64,000 nt of DNA from Amoebidium appalachense (GCA_963693365.1 CAVNZM010000012.1:6894889-6958888); one strand, 5' to 3'; shown: positions 1-15,099, numbered from the stretch's first letter. Notes: generated by a model from the sequence alone, not told the origin. Numbers and translations: made by a program.

Positions 1-56
1 GGCCAAGCAATTACCTAATAGGCATGTGCAGGCAGGGTGCACACGGGGACACGCGT

Positions 57-90
<34 letters not shown>

Positions 91-247
91 GCTATACGAT
101 ATGTGCAAGTTGTTTGCGTTTTGTACAGATTATGAATCAGATTGCATCTTATGAGGTAGTTCTAATTTAGATGTTGATTAAGATAAGTGTTGCCACAAAT
201 TAACGTAGTGGATGCACGCAAACAAGCTTGTTGCGCCCAGATTGCAT

Positions 248-401
<154 letters not shown>

Positions 402-792
402 GTTTTTATGAATTCGTTGTTACCACCTCAAGCCTCACTGAAAATAATTTGAACTCAATAACAATGTCATTCCAAACTGAGCAAATGATTTTTTGTCTTG
501 ATACTTTTCGTGACACCTTTTTTTGCCTATTTTAGCTAAATATAGATATAACCACTATGTTTCTAAGATTTGAAGGTATTCGAAGCACCCGTGTACATGT
601 ATCATGCGGATAAATATGAGCTTGGAACAGTTTAAATGCCTTTTGTTAGTTCGTTTGTAAGAGGTGTTTGTTCGAGCAGCCTGTTGACATAAACATCAAT
701 GTTTGATTTGCTCCCGTCTGCCAAGCTTTTGCTTTTGAAGTAAAGTAGTTAACAAGAAAAGGCAGCTCTTGCTTGACGATTCGAGAATATGA

Positions 793-826
<34 letters not shown>

Positions 827-2249
827 AAAACATGCGCACACACACACACACACGCACACACACACACACACACACACACGTGTACACACATCTCCCCCCC
901 CCCCTCCTCCCCCGTTCTCCACACGGTGCACACACGCACAGACGCAGACACACACGTGCGCACACACACAGTCACACACAGGAACGGTGTTGAATGATGA
1001 ATGATGCTGTGTCTCCTTGAGCTATGCAATCAGATGTACGGGATATCGAATAGGTTTTCACAGGGTTCAACATATTCTGTCCCACAATCAAATCGAAACA
1101 TTTCCGTCTGGGTCAAATGTTGCGCAATCATTGCACCCCCTAATCATTACATGCGCACAGCCACTGTTTGTAAACGCCCGTGTCCCTTTGTGTGGGTACA
1201 GAGGTGTGTAGGGCGGTGCAAGAGTGTACGTTCCCCTGACAATACCTGGATGCGTACACTGGTGTGATGGGTAATATGTGGGAACAACATCATAGTCTGA
1301 ACAACAGACGTAGTACGATAGTTTCAACACCGAAAGATTGTCCATGACGTGATGGGTGTGCAGGGTCGATTTGGCCCGGGTACCATATCAGGAGCGGGCA
1401 ATTTTTGAATTCTCCCTCCCCGGCCCCGCCGGGGAAAATTTGAGGTTTTTGGACCTCAAAGAAGTCAAATCCTGCAAAATCCACTACCGGGAGGCCAAAA
1501 AGGGTGATTTTACAAAAAAGGAGGGACATACATGAAAAAGAGAAAATGGGCGAGTTCAGTGGGCTGCCGATAAGTATATCTCGTGCTGGGCCGGTATACA
1601 TGCTGCCGTGGTTGTTGCTGTAGACGGCAGTATGGCATCGCATGTGTCACGTGACCTGCACGTGAATGCGACCATGTGCAGGCACTGAGTCTAGGGGGAT
1701 TTGTATGTGTGTTTTGGAGCACCGACAAGGCAGAGCCAGGGTGAGGGATGTGTAAACATGGAGTTTAGGGAGATCGTGCTGCTATTGTAACATGTGCACA
1801 AAACAGCCACGTGCACCGGCACACTCCGGTGTACAGAACAATAATATGCACATGCGTCACTGTAATATCATGTATGCGCATGCCGCACAAGGTTTAGGAG
1901 ACCACCACAGTATATACTATTTTCTTTTGGTTGATATCCATGTAGGAATGGTGTGTTGCAGTTGTCATGATCAGCCTGAGGCAGGCACGTGCACTCACTG
2001 AAACACTAGAACTCATGAATAAAAAATACATTCGCTAAAAACGGCAAGGTAAATTTGGGGCCAAGCTATTATTTCCCCCTTTTAAACGTTTTTTTAGCTC
2101 CAAGAACTTCGACGCCAAAATTTCTATATTTGGCCATCGTATATGATAATGAACACGTGTACTTAAATTAAAGTAGTTATATAAATATGAGCGGCCCGTT
2201 ACAAATACAGTGACGAAAAACAGTGACCCACGAGCAGTTTTTCTTTCTA

Positions 2250-2295
<46 letters not shown>

Positions 2296-4732
2296 ACACA
2301 CACACCAGACACACACACCACCACCACGGTGACCACCACCACCACCACCACCACCACTCACCCCTTAAAAAAACCACACACATACGTGCACGTGTACACA
2401 CACACACAGAACACCACCACCACCTCCACTGGACCCCATTTCCTCGTTGTTTTCTTAAGCCTTCAGACCAGTCCTGCACACTGGAGTTAAACAATTGAAT
2501 TCACCTAGGCTGACATGCATCCACCCCCGCCTTCCACTTCCCTCCCCCCCACCCCCTCCCCCCACCCCCCCACCCCCACCCCCTCCCCCTCGATGAAGAA
2601 GGGCCCCCGTAAGCCTTGGGGGGGGGGGGGGGGGGGAGGGGGAAGGGGGGAGCTCTTGAGCCTCCGGGTAGGGAAGTGGGGTCCGGGGATCCGGAGAGGG
2701 AGGGGGGGGGGGGGGGGGAAGGGGCATATAATATTGGGCCTAGATATCATAGTATGGGGCCCCGGGGGAGGGGAGAGGTGGGGGGGGGAGGGGGGAGGAT
2801 CCACGGGAAAGACCTTTAGGTGCATGTTCTTATTTATACCCCCTTCGAATCATCCCCCCTCTCCCCCCCCCTCCCCCCCTGAGTGCAGGCCGTGACGTAG
2901 CTACGATAACCCTGCAGAAGGCAACAAAAATGTATTAATTACTAGCACTATACATGTGTTCATAGTGCAGCTTGCACCACGTATGATCTCAGCAACTTTA
3001 AAGTAGTCACAAAGTTTAGTTATTTTCATTATTTTCATTGCTCTGAACTCTATTACTCTGAAATGATCACCGTGCATGTGCCGCAAGATAACAACCCTAT
3101 ATGTGTGCAGCTGCTGCCTGCAGGTTAGACTCGCTGAAAAGACAATTGTCAGTGTGCATCCGACGCTTGCAGCTGCAGCTAGCCTCTGCAACATTAATAC
3201 TTGCCAAGTGAATGCTAAGGGACCTGGCATGTGTGTAATAGATAAATCAATAGCATCACTCAGCCCTATGCACACTAATATGTAACATGTTAGATCAGGT
3301 TTCTTGATGCCTTTCTACACGATGTGATGCATCGACCGTTCAACTGCTTGTTCGAGTCTGTAACACGTCGTAACAGCATTCTGATCATTCAGGTTTCTTG
3401 TGCCAGTGACTGTTCAAAACCTCGTCAGGTTGACCAAGTGAACAGGGGTAAGGGTATGAGTGGTGGTGGTGGTGATGGTGAATGTGGGGAGGGAGGGAGG
3501 GAGGGGGGTGAGGATCGGGGAGGGGGGTGGAGGGGTGGGGGGTTGGGAGGCTTCGATGGGAGACCGTATTCGTGAGAGTGAAAGGATATCATTTCATGTC
3601 CGGGAGGAGAAGGGAACTGATTACTACATAGGAGCTAAAATTGTCTTCAGAGAGAAAGGCGTGTGGAAAGAGAAACAGGCTCCATGGAAAACTTGAGGGT
3701 ACATCTTTTGGGTCGGTGGGTTATGGTTTGTGGTGATTGTGGTTGGTGGCGGGAGGGGGCGGCTTGGCTGATTGGGAAAGTGGGTTACGAGAAAGTGCCT
3801 TGTGCGGGAGTCGAGAGAGAGGGAGGACCGCAGATAGGCAAGGTACAATCTATACGGAAGATGAGAGCTTTTTTATGCTTAGGGCTAAGAGCTACTAAGC
3901 GGTCACGGAAGCATTGCAAGATTACGGTACTTACCAGTGCATGAGCATTCGAAAGAGCAGGTGGGACCAAGATCTAAGAGGTACAAGATAGGCTTAAACG
4001 CAAGTAAGGGACACCAACATTGCGAATTCTGGTCAAGAGAAACAGGGGCACGGGTTAGATAAGCTTTTTAAGGTACAGGCTGTCCTGGGGCTTGTGCAGG
4101 CATTCGTGAACCATGGCAGGGGGGAGAGGCCTTTATTAGCTAGACTTGTGACGGGGAAGGGAAGGTTGGGGCAGCTTGAGGGTGGGGAGGTGGGGAAGCG
4201 AGGGAGGGGGGGAGGGAGGCGGCGGTGGCGGCGGCGGGGGGGAGGGGGGAAGGGGCTGTTGGCGTTGATCTCTTCTTTCGACAACTGGTCCGCATGCAAT
4301 TGAATCCGTTACGGTACTTGAGTACTATCAAGCATTGTACGGTACGGGCTAGCTCATGCATTGCCAGATGGGGGTACGCTTGATTACACATGGGAGGCCC
4401 GTCTGCTAATTCAACGTCCTAATGGCTATCAGGCTGCATGGGAAAGCATATCACTTATCACTCTGAGCATATATGTTGGGGTTGACAAAAACAAAACTTT
4501 TGACAAAAAAAGGACTTTGCCGTGCAGCAACGCGCACAGGGGTTTAGGGCCAGAAAATTGTCCCTGAAAGTCCGAAAATGGTCCCTAACTTTTTGAGGTT
4601 TGGTCCATCAATTTTCCAAGAATTGGCTCTAACATCGCCTGGTTATATTTTTTTTTAATAAAAAAAGGTTGTTGGCTTGGTGGAAAGTTACCAAAATGGC
4701 AGTAGCCAAAAACAAATTTCAATAAAGTCATG

Positions 4733-4766
<34 letters not shown>

Positions 4767-7700
4767 CACAACCTGTCGCAGCTGCAGAGCCGCAGGCGGC
4801 AGCAGGCTGCAGCAGCCGGCACCAAGGCCTTCTAAATAGCGTACTCTTGATGACGTAAGATGAGGGCTATCGATCGAAATCTGCGATCTGACCACGGCCA
4901 CTCAGATGGGAAGGATCTAGGCTAGGTGTTTTCTAGATGGCCGTGGATCTGACGTACCCCTCCCGGTTATAATTAGACTAGATTTAGCGCAAAACTTGTG
5001 CAACATTTACGCTAAACAGCTAGACGCAATCATTGTTTGTCGGCTCACCAGTCACCGGCCCGCTGCAGCCGCACTCTATAGTTATGCTACGGTACTGTAC
5101 TGCTGTAGGCCCTAACGGTGAGCAAGCTCCAAACTCGAACAGATGTAATGGTGTAATGTTGCAGTCTTTCAGACGTTTCTTGGCTTGCTAAACCGCGAAG
5201 GTGCGACCAGCAGAATTTGGAAGCCGGGATGTAGAAGGTCGCCCCCCAGTTTCGTGCTGGTGAGGGGCTGAGTCACCCGGAGCGGATGTCGGCGGATAAA
5301 CTTTGGCACAGCATGAAGCTTCATACAGGAGCCAAATATCAAAGCTAACACCCCCCCCCCCCCCTCCCCCCCTCCCCCCCCCCCTCCCCCCTCCCCCACC
5401 ACCACCACCCACCCACCCACCAACCCTCCCCTCCAAACCAGTCCCTCCCAAATCTGGCTGGCTAGACCTCAGTCACGCACTAAGTCTTGAAGCAGTAGGG
5501 CTTACGCTTGCGCAAGCAGCCGCTGAGGTCTGCCGCTGGCCCTGAGGATCTCCACCACGAAGTTTCTGGTGGCAGCTGGAGCCCCGCCACGTCTTGGAGC
5601 AGGCATAGCCGGCGAGGACGCGGACGGTGCTTTTATTGTGACGATGGTGGTAGTAAACAAGGCCCTGCTATAGGACCGGAGAAGAACTGTACCCGGCCCG
5701 CCCGGCCACGCCCACTGTCAAGTTGGTCTGCGGGGCTTGACCGTACAGAATACCGTACTGTGCCGGGCCTCCCCGCCAGAGGAACGTCGGAATGTGAACA
5801 TAGTTGTGTCACGAGACTGATTGCCGTTTAGACTCACACCTGCCAGGTATTTCCCAGGGCCCACCTTCACTGTAACCGTTAAGTAGCTGATTGAGATCGT
5901 CTGCATATTTTGTTTTGGGTGTTTGCATGTTAGTACCAGTGTACGCACACTGGAAGCGGAAACGGAGAAAGTGGCGCCAAGAGAGAGGGCGGGCGGGGAG
6001 AGGGGGGGGGGAATGAGAAAACAGATCTAGCTTGATGTCGGATTTGAAGAGAATCCACGGGGGGGAAGGGTGGTGGTAATTCAAGCTGGTAGATACGGGG
6101 GTTAGAGGGGAGGTGTAAGGGAAGGAGCGTGTAGTTGTGGTGGTGGTAACAGCGGTGGTCTCCTTCGAGGAAGAGAGCTACGTATATAAGGTTTGAATAG
6201 GCCTTATAAGTGGATCCAGAGTAAGAACTTGGGGGTGGGCGGAAGGTGTGTTTGTGTTTGGCCGGGGGTGGGGGGTGGGGGGTGGGGGGGAGGGGGGGGG
6301 GGGGGGGGGGGGGGAAGTGATGATGGTGGTGGTGGTGATTTAGTTGGTCGAGAGTCTCCGAGGGAAGGTGGGAGAAAGGGAACACGTTCTGGTGGTGGTA
6401 GTAGTGGTGTTTTCTTTCGAAATGGAGGAGCACGAGAATAGATCTAGTGAAGAAGAGAATCCGAAGTAAACAGGGCGAAATTGAAATGGGGAGAGATGCT
6501 GAGGAGGGATGGTGGCGCCGGGCCTTTGTACTCAAAGCATCACTCTATTTATGTACCCTGGCCCGAGGTACTCTATTCATATGCCCAAGTTTGTGTGTAA
6601 CTTGAGTCAGTATGTTAGCTGAACTGCTCGAGTCGCTTGCCAATGGGCGCTCATCAGCTGAACCGCGAGACAAGATGCACGCGGTTGTTGTCTGTATTTC
6701 GGCTTTAAGCCGTAGAAAGCACAAGTTCATGACAACTGGGTAGCTGCTGAGAGTGTCTATAGAGGCGCTACCTATCGCTTTCGCCTTACTACTTCAGGAA
6801 AACCTCACGAAAAGGGTGGCAAACATATGTACTTCACGATGTACTTAGCTATAGGCATCAATCGCCGAAACATGACCCTACCCTTGATGACGTCATCTTT
6901 CGTATGTGACGACCCCGTGCGGCCGTGCCTCGGCCCGGTACGCTATTTACAAATAGGAGGCCTTGGCTGGCACTGGCAGTGCGCATGCACTGAGCAATGA
7001 GTGACTTTCCCGCCCATTGTGGTGACTGCTGATTGGTACGACATGTTACCAACTCTCATGCGTGATACATGACGAATGATTAAGAACTTTGTATTTGGGA
7101 TGTCATAACGACGAGTGAATGCATGTGGACATTGCGGAGTTCGCTTAAGCAACAAACAATTTCGCCAAATAATTTGCTATATATCATCGTTTATCAAATA
7201 TTTTCGTCAGCTTTATGCTTCCCGGATGAGATATTTATGTCTTTTTTATTATGTGTAAATACTTCGACCTTTTGAGGGTTGCTGAGCGATCACGCAATGA
7301 AACGATTTTATCGGATGGGTGTTGATAGTGCAGGTTTGGTCCATGCATGGGTGGCAAGTTGCCAACACTGCCGCGGCAAGAGGAAAGTCGTTTCGAGTGT
7401 AGAAGAAGTAGAACTGGATTTTTGGGATCATCTATTTGCATTAGTAGCGTTATCCGGCCTGGTAGAAAGTTATTTACATTTTCAGAAGATTCACGCTGCA
7501 CGCAAAGCGTGAGCATTTTGACGAATACATTTGATTGGATTATAGCTTAAAAAAGCCTTCATAAATTCACAGGTCACGTATTACATTTGGCCTGGGATAA
7601 TTTGTGGCTCGTACAAATAGCATCATCCATCGCCATTTTCGACACACGTGCATTGCATGCGTCATTACTTCTCAGCTGTGTGTATTTATTTTATAGATAA

Positions 7701-8123
7701 CGAATAACTTATAACATAGAGGTGAGGACTGTTGCATGTTTCATAGTTCTAAGTAACGGTTTATAGTTGAAGATTCTTTAGTTTATAAGTTAAACTGCAT
7801 GTTATTTGCAGGCACCTCAACACCAGGGTGTATATGTAAACGTGCACTTTCCTTTGAAGAGAACACTTTCAACCTCTCCCTCACTGCGTTAATACAGGGA
7901 GAGCTGCCGATAAAGGGACTTATGCATGTAAGCTTTAACATGCTCTCATAAACTCTTCAGTTTAAAACTAAATTAGAGGGAGCCTTTTGCCCCTCCCTTT
8001 GTAAGGACGCAGTGTTGGGCACTGTGCAGAGCGGACAACCTTTTCGGATTTCCCCTTGGCCCCACGGTTTCTCTCCCACCGTGTATCTTTCTGCGTAAGA
8101 CCCCTCTGTAAGGGCGGCGCAAA

Positions 8124-8574
8124 ATGTCGCCAATAACACTCTTAGCTGCTGCGTTAGCAGTTGCTTGCCTTCCAGTTTCGGACGCTTTTCGTGACAAGGT
8201 TAAAGCCACAGTTTACCTCCCAAAGAGCGATGATTTTGGCACCGCACACAGAAAACCCAAGGTGAAATACGATGTTTTGGACAAAGAAAACGGTGCAGCA
8301 TACGCTGTGTGGGACAACGCACACAACGTAACAGGGTGGGGTTATCTCTGGATTTCAGCTACACCGAACGAAACGCCAGAGAGAGCTATGTATGCAACGG
8401 GATACTTGGAGGGAGCACTCACCTACACGAACATTTGGTTCATGTTTAACAACGTGCGCGATGACTGGTTTGATAAATCCGCTGTTCCTCGGCATTTGAT
8501 TGGCTTTTTGAACACCAATATGGATTGGACTCAGAAAATGGTAACCCCCCTTCCCCTCCCGTCTTACCCGTCCG

Positions 8575-8605
<31 letters not shown>

Positions 8606-8637
8606 TACACAGCCAAACGCAAACACATACACACACA

Positions 8638-8682
<45 letters not shown>

Positions 8683-10103
8683 TCACACACTCACATACAA
8701 AAACACACACATTCACCTTCATCTCTCCGCCTCCCAATCACCCATCCGTAGCGGCACCCATTTCTCTTCTTCCACAATACACGCGTACCCCTCACCCTCA
8801 TTCCCTCCCCCCTCCCCCCTCCCCCCCTTTCCTTCCGCGATCACTTTCAGATAGACACGCTCACCCATACACCCACACACGCACATGTGCACAGTGTCAC
8901 ATGCAACAGCGCATGCTGTAAACAACTATGTTACGTTTACCAGCACCATCGAATCCTCACCCCCCTTGCCCCTCCTTTCCCCCTCCTCCCCTCTCTCTCC
9001 CCCCGCCTCCCCCCCCCCCCCCCCCTCTTCCCCCGCCCGCCTTCTCCTCTCCCTCCCCCCCCTCCCCCCCCCCCCCCCGGGCGCGCATTTACAAATACCG
9101 GGACCGCACACACGCACACGCACACACATGAGTGCACACCCACACACGCACTTCTCCCCTCACGCACACACCCTATATCTTATCCATCCATGCATGCCCC
9201 TATCACCTCGTTCTTCAAATCTAACTGCTTCCCTCCCCTGATAGCGGAAAACCGATTAAAGGCCGGCCCATTCTCTCGCCCGCACGCACCCCTTCCCCTC
9301 TTTAGCCCGAAGACCCCCCCCCCCCCCCCCCCCCCTCTCTCTCTACCTCCCTCTCCCCCCCCCCCCCCCCCCCCCCCGCCCGCCTCGATCCCCGGCCCCC
9401 ACCTCTCTCTCCCTCTCTCCCTCTCTCTCTCCCCCTCTTGGTCGCTCTCTTCTGCCCTCCGGCGGCTCTCTCCGCCCCCTCCCCTCTCTACCAGACCTAC
9501 TTGCTTACTCTAGTCGTGGTGTGGTTGTTGGGAGAGGTATCTGGGACTCGAGAGGGGGGGGGGAGGGAGGGAGGGAGACGACGCTGTTATCTATGCACAC
9601 CTGAATATGGTTTGAAAGCAAGGCTGAAGACCAGGGGGGGGGGAGAGGGGGGGGGCAGCAAAGTCTGTTCAATCTAAGACGAACCCCCCCCCCCCCCCCC
9701 CTTCCCCTTTCCCCTTCCCCTTCCCCATAACCTGTACACGGGATGGAAATCACTTGACTGACAGACTTGTATGCACTTGCCCGCACACATATGCACCTTT
9801 ACATTAACACCTACATGTTCACATGGCAACAAACACAGGCACACATATACACATAGTCATCACAGCACACACAACACGCACACACACACAACACACACAC
9901 GAATGCACACGCACATGCGTATACATGAATACACCCAACCATACACACACGCTCACGAATACACACACTCAAACACACACACACACACACGTGTACACCC
10001 CAACCTCCCCCCTCCCCCCCCCCCCTCCCCCCCTCCCGTGGGCGTTTTTTGCTGCTGCTCTTTGTTGTCTCCTCCATATTCCCAACCCTCTAATCCATAC
10101 ATC

Positions 10104-10155
<52 letters not shown>

Positions 10156-10979
10156 ACACAGGTTGAAACGGCCAAGTCATCCAAAACAGACGATGACATG
10201 TCTGACGACGAGCGGAAATTCTGGTGGGGGGTCGGATTATATCTTAACCAATTAAGCGGATTGGTTGACGGTTATAACGATCACTGCGAGCCGGGGCAGG
10301 AGTTAACCCTTTTTGACATTCTTTTGCTCACTGCTGACGGGGATTTGGAGGACCTTATCCCCCTCTTTTGGAAGATTGAACCAAACGGGTACAAGCCGAG
10401 GGATAGATGTAGCGCACTTATCAAGGTGAGTGTTTGGGGTGTATTGGGGGGGGGGGGGTACAAGCGTAGCTCACTTATCAAGGTGAGTGCTTTGGGTGAC
10501 CTGTGGAGGGAGGTGGAAGAGAGAGTGGGGGGAAGGGGGGGGAGGGGGGGGGGGGGGGGGAACACAAAAGCTTGTCGATGGGTCTGCTAGAAGGGAGGTG
10601 GGGAGGGAGGGCATATGGTGGTGGTGGTGGTGGTGGTGTTTGAGGGGGAAGGGAAGGGGAGGGGGGGCAGGGTGAGGTAGGGCGGGGGTGTTTAAATGGA
10701 AGGAGATGGAAGAAGGGCAGAGGAATAGGGAGGAGGGAACAGAGGGAGCCTTTGGGAGATGGGAGTGGGGGGAGGGTGGGTGGTTTTTGTGTGTGTGTGT
10801 GTGTGCGTGTTATGACGGGAAGGGGAGGGGAGGGGGGAGGAGGAGGGAGGACGGGGGGGGTGTAAATGGAAGGAGTAGGAAGAAGGGCGGAGGATTGGAG
10901 AGGAGGGAACAGAGGGAGCCTTTGGGAGATGGGAGTGGGGGAGGGTGGGTGGTTTGTGTGTGTGTGTGTGTGTGTTATG

Positions 10980-11017
<38 letters not shown>

Positions 11018-11650
11018 CGCAGGAAATGGGAACGGGAAAAGTGTGTGTTCTCTTGGGGGTCGGCGGGAGGGGAGTGTGTGTGTGGGGGGGGGGGGGGGGG
11101 GGGGGGGGGTAGGGGGGGCTGAAAAGAAGCTTGAAGCAAGATGAGGGACTGGAAAGGACATGTGGTGCGGGCATATAGTAGTCCTTGGGGGGTAGGTGGG
11201 ACTGGGGAGGGGGGGGAGAAGGGGGGAGGGGGGTAGGGAGAAGGAGCAAAGGTTTGGATGCTTGACTTAGGAAGCATCTTGTGGGAGCAATACGCAGAGA
11301 CACATTTGCACTCAACACCCTCCCTTCCCTGTGGTAAACTCGTCAATAGTTACATGTGTGGAGACGCACACGTGCACACACACACACACACACACTTGCC
11401 ACATACGTCGTACCCGTGGCCAACTAGATTGGGTTGTTTATGCAGCACCGATCCCCCCCCCCCCCCCCCCCCCCCCCATTTCCCCCTCGTCCCTCCCCCG
11501 TCCCCCCCCCCCCCCCCTCCCCCACCCAGTCCGCATCCCCACAAAAGTCACATGCTCCTCTTATAGCAATTACATTCCCATAACTCTTCCCTACCCCCCC
11601 CCCCCCCCCATCCCTTTGCTCTCTTCTCACACACACACACACACACACAC

Positions 11651-11740
<90 letters not shown>

Positions 11741-11996
11741 CCCCTCCCTCCCTCCCTCCCTCCCTCCCTCCCCATCCCCCCCAGCAATAACATCCTACCT
11801 CCCACCCCGTGGGGTCTTGTCTCCCCCCCCCTCCCCCCCCCCCCCCCCCCTCTCCCTCCGCCCCTCCCACCACCACCCGAAATATGCTTTGCTTGCATAA
11901 TCCGTATGTGTTCGTCATCACAAAACTTTCCTTCAACAGATGTCTCATTCTTGCTACGCATTCTTGCTACGCAACCTTACCCTCCCCCTTCCCTTC

Positions 11997-12033
<37 letters not shown>

Positions 12034-12170
12034 CTCCCCCCTTCCATCTCCACCTGGGCTCCCCTGATGATGGGCTCTGCCTATTATATGGACTTTATAT
12101 TTGGTTTGCACCCTGCCATTTTGTTGTCTGCTAAGAATGTACACTTTTTGCTCTACAACACATTCTAACC

Positions 12171-12202
<32 letters not shown>

Positions 12203-12231
12203 TCCTCTTTTTTGTCTCTCTCTCTTGCCTC

Positions 12232-12279
<48 letters not shown>

Positions 12280-12282
12280 TTC

Positions 12283-12319
<37 letters not shown>

Positions 12320-13406
12320 CCTTCCGGACAAGTCAGACATTCTCTTTGGACACGCCACCTGGGACCACTACGGGCTAATGATCCGCACGCTCAAAGTCTA
12401 CAACTTAACCCTTTCCTGCGCACCCGGCCAATGGGCAGAGAGGGGCGACGTGTGCACACAGTGGACGCATTCCGACTCGGTCTCGGCGTCTCCCGGGTTT
12501 TTAACGTCTGTCGACGATTGGTTCATTACGTCCGCCGGATTGGCCGTTATCGAGACGACCAACACGAATTATAACAAGCAGTTGACGCGTTTCATTGGTC
12601 CGTTTACGGTGCTCAGTTGGACCCGTACGCTTGTTGCGAATCTATTGGCTGAGGATGGTAAATCTTGGACCAAATATTTCTCGATGTACAATAGCGGCAC
12701 GTATAACAACCAGTGGATGATTCTGGATATGAAGAAGTTTTTGCCGGGCAGGTGTGTGTTTCAGAAAATGGAGGAGTTTTTTTTTTTTGGTGTGAGTGTG
12801 TGTGTGTATGTGTGGGGGTGGGGAGAGGGGGGGGGGGGGGGGAGGGGGAGGGGGAGGGGGGGGGGGGGGGGAGAACGGATGGGAGGGTATGCTGTGATCA
12901 ATCATCTCCACCCGCTTATCCTCCCCCTCCTTTCCCCCCCCCCCCCCCCCCCCCCCCCCTCCGCCCCTCGGTCCCCATCCGTCTTCTCTCGGAGGCCTCT
13001 CCCTCAACTTCTCCCCCTCGGTCCCCATCCGTCTTCTCTCGGAGGCCCCCTCCCTCAACTTCTCCCCCTCCCCCCTGCCCCCTGCTCTCTCTCTCTCAAT
13101 CAATCTCTCACATTCCCACTCTCGCTCCCTATCCCCCCCCCCCCCCCCCCCCCCCCCCCCTCTCTCTCTCTCTCTTGATCTCTCCTCACTCCCCTCCCTC
13201 CTTCCCCCCCTCCCCCCCCCCCCCCCCCCCCCCCCCCGTCTTTTTATCCGGCCCCTCGTCCACTCTCCAACCCCCCTCCCCCCTCTCTCCCGGAGGCTGT
13301 TTCCCTCCTCTCAGCCTCCCCCCTTCTCCCCCACTCATCCAGTCTCACTCCCCCTTGCCCTTCATTCTGATGTGTGTCCCTGTACAAATCGCGTAAAGCC
13401 CCCTCT

Positions 13407-13451
<45 letters not shown>

Positions 13452-13769
13452 ACCACACATGCGAACACGTACACCACTTCACCACGTATCAGCAACAGCT
13501 CTCAGAGATGTCAGTGCGCTCATGTTTCTGCTCATACCATTTAGTCTCCCTTGTGCGTGTGTGCAAGTGTTGTCGGATAGGTTATCTTTCCTCTTCCCTC
13601 ATACTGCAATAGACAAAGTGCTTCCCCCCCCCCCCCCCCCCCCCCCTTTCTCCGGGGCTACCCACCTCCACACTTACATCCACCGACCAGTACACCCACC
13701 CACAAACACCCTCTCCCCTTATTCAATGATCACCATCTCTTTTCTAATCTCTATGCCCTTTGGTCCCTA

Positions 13770-13814
<45 letters not shown>

Positions 13815-13837
13815 GTACACACACACACAAGTACACA

Positions 13838-13887
<50 letters not shown>

Positions 13888-14327
13888 CTCACACGTACAC
13901 ACACACACAGCAACCTGACCGCAGGCACGCTCACCGTTTTGGAGCAAATCCCGGGCATGATCGTCGACCAGGACATGTCGTCAGTTTTGGAGCAGAAGGG
14001 GTTCTGGGCAAGTTACAACGTGCCATTTTTCGGAAAGGTTTACAACGAATCCGGGTGGCAACACAAGTTCGAAAAGAGCGGCAACGAATTTTCGCATGAC
14101 AACTGTCCGCGCGGTAAAATTTTCAAGAAGAGACAGGGGCAGGTTAAAGATATCGAAGGGATGAAATGGATAATGAGATATAACGATTGGAAAAACGATC
14201 CCGAGTCGAACGGCGATCCCGGGTCTTCGATTGCCGGCAGGAAGGATTTGGCGCAGGGGGACCAATTTGAGCTTGATGGGGCTATCGATGCTAAGGTATG
14301 GGGACGGCGCATTGTTCATTGTTTTTT

Positions 14328-14365
<38 letters not shown>

Positions 14366-14576
14366 ACCACCACCACCACCACCACCACCCCCACCACCAC
14401 CCTTCCCCTCCCCCCGAAACCGTTTGATTTCGGTTTTATCACTTTTGTGACGTTTTTTTAGTGTGTCCTTGGTTGCCTCCCCCATATTTCCAAACCTCTA
14501 AAGCATCCATCATCCCCCCCCCCCCCCCCCCCCCCCCCTCTCCACCTCCAACGCCCCATCTATGCATGCAACCCAT

Positions 14577-14611
<35 letters not shown>

Positions 14612-14864
14612 ACCACCACCACCGGTACCACCACCACCACCACCACCACCACACACACACACACACACACACCACCCCTCCCCCGCCCCCCGGGGTATGT
14701 TATCAATATGTTGTTGGGGCAGGGGTCGTATCTTCTTTTCTTTTCTTGAAGCAATGGGAATGACAGGAGAAGTGGGGGGGTGAGTGTTATGTCTTGGGGT
14801 CGTTGCAGTGTATAGGGGGGTTATCGGGTGGGTAGAGTGGGTAAGGTGGGGTGGGTAGGGTGTG

Positions 14865-14930
<66 letters not shown>

Positions 14931-15068
14931 AAGGGATGGGGGATGTTGGGGCAAGGTGCCGGGGGGAGGGGGGGGGGACTCACATAGACATTTCTGCCAC
15001 AAACATACCCCCTCATAAATGCTTGCCTTATCGCTATTCTACGTTTTCTTTCTGTTTCTCCGTCTGTT

Positions 15069-15099
<31 letters not shown>

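Noticed and set aside
7279-7512. RFY..G...V..WV.SC..C resembling an integrase Zn finger
   Set aside because: No upstream His pair, no DDE core and no LTR context.
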